This document shows, piece by piece, positions 58,901-64,000 of a stretch of DNA of 64,000 nt. Position 1 is the stretch's first letter. Every line of letters begins with the position of its first letter. Made by a program: the position numbers and the translations under genes. The notes beneath the pieces are model-generated. The model worked only from the letters and a program-made list of their open reading frames with translations. It was not told where the DNA came from and ran no database searches. This stretch comes from Macrostomum lignano (lineage: Eukaryota): the NCBI GenBank assembly GCA_002269645.1, contig NIVC01002732.1:81522-145521 (forward strand), written 5' to 3'.

Positions 58901-61900
58901 AGTTCCACCCTTTCCTCTTATTGCATCTTATAGTTCAAAGCAGGCCGCTTTGACCTCTAGATTTGACCTCCTAAACGCCTGCCACAAATTTCAGTTTCTC
59001 TGAGTGATGCCGAAGGAGAAATCAGTTACTCCTCGCAAAGTGAAGCAACTGTTGGCAACCTGGACCATCGATGGATCATCGACAGAAGCGGCACGGTTCG
59101 CATCAGGTTCAGCTCCATCAATCTTCCTGCTGGGGACAAAGTGTACCTGTACCAAAACACGAGGTCTGAGACGGAGGACAATCTGAAATTTGTGGTTTCC
59201 GATTCGAGTGCCAGCCAGTCAGAGTTCCGACTGTCCGGTCCCGTGCTGCTTCGGTTCACAGCCAACAGCGACGGCAGCCGCAGGGACTTCAAGCTCACTT
59301 ACACAGCTGATGGTTCGGCTGAAGGTAATTCCTTGTTTTGCTGAAGATTCAGAAAACTTCCTACTCAGAGATCACCTTTTTAAGTTAACACCTTAGCCAT
59401 TTCTTACATCCAAGTACGCCCTCATTCAAGGATTATGAGCTTTATATTATTTTTTTATTAGAGGCAGGGGGGTTGTGAGCACCCTGGAGCACTTTAAGCG
59501 ACATAGGCACACAACCGGCGAGAGGCATTACTGCCCATTCCGCCGACTCCCCTGAGCAGGCATACAAGCGCGCGGATACGTACGCAGGCACACATTCAAA
59601 CATGAGTGTACAGCGGCCCTAACTTATTTTATCGTTAGGCATGTACACTTCACTGCGCCTTGGGGGGTTGGCTCTCAAGGGCGTTAATTGCACGAGCAGA
59701 GCCAAGCCGAGATTCCAATTCAGCCCCAAATTAATGTGACTGCACTTGGAATCGAGCCTGGGTCGCTGGCACACTAGAGCCTGCGCTGGACCGCTGGGCT
59801 ACGCCCCCCCAGGATTATGAGCTTACCATTATTGTGACTGCATCGCCAAGAAAAATCTGGCCAGAACCTCCGTCTCAGTCATTTGATTCCAAAGACCACC
59901 AAATCATGAGCACTGAAACACAACTGAATCTTTCAGAGGCTTCACCAGCAACCGAGGTGATCAGGGGCAGCAGAGGCATGAGACTCTGCAATCCGGCGGA
60001 AGGATCTACCGTCCTCCCGAGACCTTCGAGCACAAAGTGGATTGTTGCACCAACTGGTTCTCATGATTTCCTGACGCACGTCATCTTTAACCGTATCACG
60101 ACTTCATCTTCTGTAGAGATATTCGCTGGCGACATGGATCTGCTAAGCAGCCCAGCGATGCTGAGAAGCGCGAGACGGATCCCATTTGCGAATCACGTGA
60201 CGCACAAAGGCATCCTTGCAGTTGTATATTCGTCCAACAACTCTGCTTCGGCGAGCGGTCAAGTTGTTTTCGATTATCAGATCAGAAGTGGTGAGAATTA
60301 TTTAGTTGCACATTGTATTGCGATAATATTAATCTGCTGATTGGCACTAAGTTCCTACTTTGCACAATGTGGGCAATGTGGTGCTTAAAATTTATTCACA
60401 TTTTCAGTGCACGTTGCCATGACCAATGACTCTGGTAGCTTTAGTTGTCCCGAAGAGACTGGCTCGACTTACGCTAACGAGATGGAGTACAGATGGACCA
60501 TCAACAGAAGGAATTTCGTCCTCATCACTGTCACATCTGCTGACATTGGCTACGGAAATGACATCATCCAGTTGTACGAGATGACTGATGGAGAAACCGA
60601 TGAGCCAGAAGAGAGCAAGCTGAGGTTCACACTGACGCAGGCGAACGCGACATCGGCAACGTATAAGTTGATTGGTCCCGTGCTGATCCGGTTTAGCACG
60701 GATAAACGGCTAGTCGGTCAGGGCTTCGACTTGTCCTATTCCATCGAGCCTAGGACTGGTAATTGCACTTTTTACACTTCCTCTGACTTTTTCCAATCAT
60801 CTCTGATCCCCGCTACTTTCAAACAGTTTCAGTTATCGCCAATCAGTCCCAAAGTTTTGCAATGATTCAGTGCCCAAACGATACCAACAGTACAATGGAG
60901 AAGTGGATGGAGTATAAGTGGCTGATTCCGGGCAAATATGTTTACAAGCTGGCTTTCAACCGGTCGAATCTCGGAGCAGATGGAAGCTTTATTGAAGTAT
61001 TTGCAATTTCTGATCAAGAAAGCGCCGATGCCGATGAGCAAAACTTGCTGTTCATTCTAACTGACGCGAATGCCACGTCAGCGGACTTTGTCCTGACGGG
61101 ACCCCTGCTGATTAGAGTTAAAACTGGCAGACGCTTTGATGGTCGGGCATTGCGTTCTCTTACAGACGCGGACCGGTTGTAGGTGAGCTTGAGGTGTTGA
61201 ATTTTTTACGATTGCATTCACCACTGAGAGGATTAAATATGTACTTCGCTTGATTTCATTCGACTGCAGCTCTAATCTAAATATACTAAATCCACCTATA
61301 CTAAAAATGGTTTTTCGGTAGGTATGTGTGTGCGTTTGTGTGTGATCGTTTTACTCAAACTTGCTAATTGAGTGCGAGAGTAACACGAGAGTACTTTTGT
61401 CTGAGCAAAGACCACTAGGAACATTTCGTCTAGTAGTCCTCGTCTCTGAGTAGAAGTGTAAGCTACTTTAAGAGTAAAAGGGTAGTCGTAGGTGTATAAG
61501 GTAATTAATAGTGTAGAATTTAATTTGATCAGTTTCGTTATTAGTAGTCGCAACTTTACGATGTACACAATGGCTTTAGAATGTAAATCGGGTGCAAATT
61601 GACCGCATTTCTTTCAGTTTCGGAGGACTTGGGCACGATCAAGTGTCCAAGCAACTATGGATCGTCGATGTACGCTAATAGCAAAGACTACCAATGGCTG
61701 ATCGACACGACGGCCCCGCCCCGTCAACATCCGGATGGAAGAAGTGGACATTGAGAACTGCTGTGACAAAATCTTCATATACGACAGATTCAGCATCTCT
61801 GATGAGGTAGACGATAGCAAGCTGACAACGAGTCTGGTTAACAACAATGCCACCGGAGTTTCACTAAGCCTGCAAGGTCCTGTGCTGGTTCGATTCAAAA

Positions 61901-62082
61901 CTGACTCAAGCGTTACTTCGAGAGGATTCCGCCTGATTTATTCTACACAAAGTCTGGACGGTGAGTTTTCTAAACTTTTGAGCAAATCAAATCGCTATTG
62001 AGGCACTAGTCAGTCACTTATATGATAAATAACTCTCGTACATTGTTCCTTTTCAGTCGGAAATACCACCAACCGGATATGA
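46998..62082 (+). CDS. Large predicted secreted multi-CUB-like protein (~2,680 aa, cubilin-like architecture): signal exon 46998-47073; 23 domain exons 48350-48700, 48831-49157, 49244-49603, 49816-50133, 50227-50550, 50718-51062, 51712-52050, 52194-52523, 52738-53052, 53149-53532, 53610-53969, 54071-54412, 54502-54891, 54959-55309, 55454-55801, 55964-56287, 56453-56797, 58514-58858, 58995-59324, 59937-60290, 60408-60758, 60827-61182, 61618-61960; terminal exon 62057-62082
   Basis: Signal peptide MDLLQLILAAFLGSLLAFETGSAVA. Each exon is AG/GT-bounded and phase 1-1; 21 of 23 have lengths divisible by 3. Recurrent CUB pattern DSGxIxCP..Y.N..YxWxI...D.I.xYE...GPVLIRFxTDxS...GFxLxY. No EGF or transmembrane exon found. 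Some acceptors could shift by one or two codons. Confidence 0.85.
48350..52050 (+). CDS. CUB-like cassette 1 (7 exons, types a-b-c-d-e-f-g)
   Basis: See the gene-level feature; exon types assigned by sequence similarity across cassettes. Confidence 0.8.
51075..51578. repeat. 61-bp intronic minisatellite (about 7 copies) followed by (TTAGGGTCTTATCT)x4
   Basis: TTCATTG recurs at 51081, 51142, 51203... Confidence 0.9.
52194..55801 (+). CDS. CUB-like cassette 2 (8 exons: a, extra, b-like, c, d, e, f, g)
   Basis: 53610 exon resembles 49244; 54071 resembles 49816; 54959 resembles 50718. Confidence 0.8.
55964..61960 (+). CDS. CUB-like cassette 3 (a-g) plus a final a-type exon; the last two exons are frameshifted as assembled
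   Basis: 56453 resembles 48831; 58514 resembles 53610; 58995 resembles 49816; 60408 resembles 54959. Confidence 0.75.
57471..58177 (+). mobile_element. Internally deleted IS630/Tc1-mariner-like DNA transposon
   Basis: ~155-bp TIRs starting TACCTTTTTACGTTC, TA TSDs (57469-70, 58178-79), N-terminal HTH remnant MANRGPYQKISQLDRERIVRAYRSGDDWRELGRMMGMKKPTVRNIVTTYERTGRV, and C-terminal remnant QALNCITPLKCLRWINHSQTYFNRCLNAEDI. The DDE core is absent. Confidence 0.85.
58256..58429. mobile_element. Tc1/mariner-type MITE (174 bp)
   Basis: Perfect 36-bp TIR CACCTTTTCACGTTCAATTTTGATCAAAGTCCAGTT with TA TSDs. Confidence 0.9.
59443..59810 (-). mobile_element. Full-length tRNA-derived SINE, family 2
   Basis: Minus strand GGGGGGGCGTAGCCCAGCGG (A box)...GGCTCGATTCC (B box), A-rich tail, and a 14-bp TSD AGGATTATGAGCTT (59429-59442, 59811-59824). 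Confidence 0.85.
61291..61433 (+). mobile_element. Possible short non-autonomous Helitron
   Basis: A|TC...CTAG|T ends and a TATACTAAAAATG + GT-rich 5' part shared with 39865-39985; subterminal hairpin is not convincing. Confidence 0.3.
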
Positions 62083-63089
62083 TCGGACACTTGCCTAATG
62101 CATAAAGCATGATTGATCAAAGATTGGTAAACACCGATCAGATGCAAATTAGCTAATCCAAAGAAAGACAAACTGAAGTGCTTTAGCGGACACTAAACGT
62201 TATCCGATATTCTAATCGTTTTCTTCATTAAGATATCATCTGCAGTTGATAATTTGTCCCACTTTGAGCAAATAACTCAACAATTATTTACTTTCACCTG
62301 TTGCTAGATTTTGCACGTGGGATTAAACGATTATTAGACGTGTGAAAGGATAAAAGATTATAATCTATAGGCATTATCTCATCATATTTTTGGATAATCA
62401 CCATGTCGCGTTTTTTCACATGCGAAGCAAGAACTTTAAATGATAATCAAAAGACTACTACGATTTGATGATTCTATATTGTATTATCATTTGAGCTGGC
62501 GATCCGTTTTTTTCTAATTTTACACAACTCCCTATTGACTCAAGCAATATTTTATATAGTTTACACGTTTACTTTGGCACTAAGCTGTGCTGTCCTGAAA
62601 CTAATAGTTTCCTGTTGGTACGCATCGACAATAGAAATGCTCTCTTCGACCATTTTCAATATAGAAATATAGCTAGCTATGACTAAAATTCTAAAGCAGT
62701 CCTTGAAAAACCGAATATGCATCTAACTGAGGGTTCACTTTATGCCTTGGAAAACTTTCTTCAACTTAAAAATCTATTTTAAGTCATTAACATCGGCCTT
62801 CTGATGGCTAATTAGTCAGTTTGCCGGGGCCTCTGGGTGGAAGTCAGCAAGTCAGCGAGGACACAAGCAGTCAGGCTCATTCCGCTGACCCTGGGTACTG
62901 TGATGCGAGAGTCGTACGCGTTAACTACCGCTGATCCAGTCCCGGCTTCTTTGATAGCGTTTCACTCTTAGAGTGTGCACGTTTTGGACTAACTTTTCAG
63001 TTTAAATATCCTATGTTTCGCCCAGATTATCTGGGTATACTTTAAATTTAATGAAAGCTACCTGTATTGCTAAAATATATATTAGTGGG

Positions 63090-63795
63090 AAGCAACAACA
63101 ACAACAACAACAGAATACGCCGTTCAGCGTCACAGGGCGCGTCAAGGCCATTGCGAATGAACGCCACGCCGCCGGCCGAATTCTCGGGCGCCGGCGTCAG
63201 CCAGCAGGCAGTCGACGAAACGCCGAGTGCGGGCCTGCCCCCGCCGGTTAGGGTGTCTGCAGCGATAGCAGCACCACCTCCTGCACCGGTTGCGGGCAGT
63301 ACGACGCGGCGTGAATGATGTGGCCTGCCAGCTGGAGTCGCCGACGGCGCAACAGGTCGCTTGGACAGACCAGGCCGGCGCGGCGATACAAAGTCGCGTT
63401 GGTCACTCGCTCGTAGACGATCTTGAAGGCGGCGCGCAGCAGGCCACCGTGCGCCGCGTCAACTTGTTGCTCGAGCGACTCCGTCAGCGTCCAGGTCTCG
63501 GCGTTGTACAGCAGGACGGTCTCGATCAGCGCCTGGAACAACGCCGCCCTCTTGGCGGTCAGGTAAGGCCTCTGACTGCAGGACTGCCCTCACAGAACGA
63601 AAGGCAGCCCAGGCAAGCCCGCAGCGACGCCGCAAATCCTCGCGGACGCGGGAACCAGACCGCCGAGGTAGACGAGCTGCTGACAACGCGGAAGCTCTGT
63701 CGCCTGTCCATCAGCGCCTCGGCACGAAATCGCAGCCTCGATGTCGTCCGGCACGCAGAGCACGACGGTCTTCTGAGTGTTGACCACCAGTTGAT
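63090..63795 (-). mobile_element. 5'-truncated, frameshifted RTE-clade non-LTR retrotransposon
   Basis: VNTQKTVVL...QQLVYLGG / REDLRRRCGLAWAAF / FQALIETVLLYNAETWTLT...LQLAGHII; (TTG)n tail at 63092-63112. Confidence 0.85.
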
Positions 63796-64000
63796 GTGTT
63801 CCTTACTACCAAGAATTCTAAGTAATCAAGGAACAATCACTTCTAGCTACTGCTAGGCAACCCAGTAATCAAATGAAGGTATCTCTTACTTGAGTTCTGA
63901 TCAGTAAATCTCTTCGCGTGCGTAGTTCTCTGTCTCAATCCGTTCAGACGTCTTGATCTAGTTGTTCTGATCCAGGTTCCATTTTAATTTCAACGAAGTT

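Noticed and set aside
46998-62082. Naming the multi-CUB gene CUBN (cubilin)
   Set aside because: No N-terminal coiled coil or EGF repeats, and the conserved CUB cysteines are missing; orthology is unsupported.
63248-63856. Plus-strand ORFs 63290-63856 and 44820-45413 (3' half) as host genes
   Set aside because: They are antisense readings of GC-rich RTE fragments.

Overview
Eukaryotic (metazoan) genomic DNA with GT-AG introns, GC-rich exons and very dense intronic minisatellites. A flatworm such as Macrostomum is my best guess, by inference only. No prokaryotic features and no CRISPR array. Genes reconstructed by hand from splice sites and phase consistency: (1) the 3' four exons of an acidic unknown protein (846-5727, +); (2) an intronless F-box protein with a PP2-like C-terminal domain (14915-15877, +); (3) a 10-exon coiled-coil/ZU5-ZU5-UPA-death domain gene resembling DTHD1 (23759-38579, +); (4) a roughly 2,680-aa predicted secreted protein made of a signal peptide and 23 cysteine-poor CUB-like domains, one phase-1 exon each (46998-62082, +). 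Gene 4 is the most striking element. Its domains form a three-fold repeated 7-domain cassette, it has exon-confined near-identical tracts that suggest gene conversion, and its last two domain exons carry single-base frameshifts. About 17 kb of the window is tandem repeat (about 23 arrays), almost all in the first 37 kb. Mobile elements include two tRNA-derived SINE families (one CORE-type), several MITEs, an internally deleted IS630/Tc1-like element with a sibling MITE, RTE-like and RNase H-bearing non-LTR fragments clustered on (CAA)n tracts, and possible Helitron relics. Most long ORFs in the supplied track are artefacts of tandem repeats.
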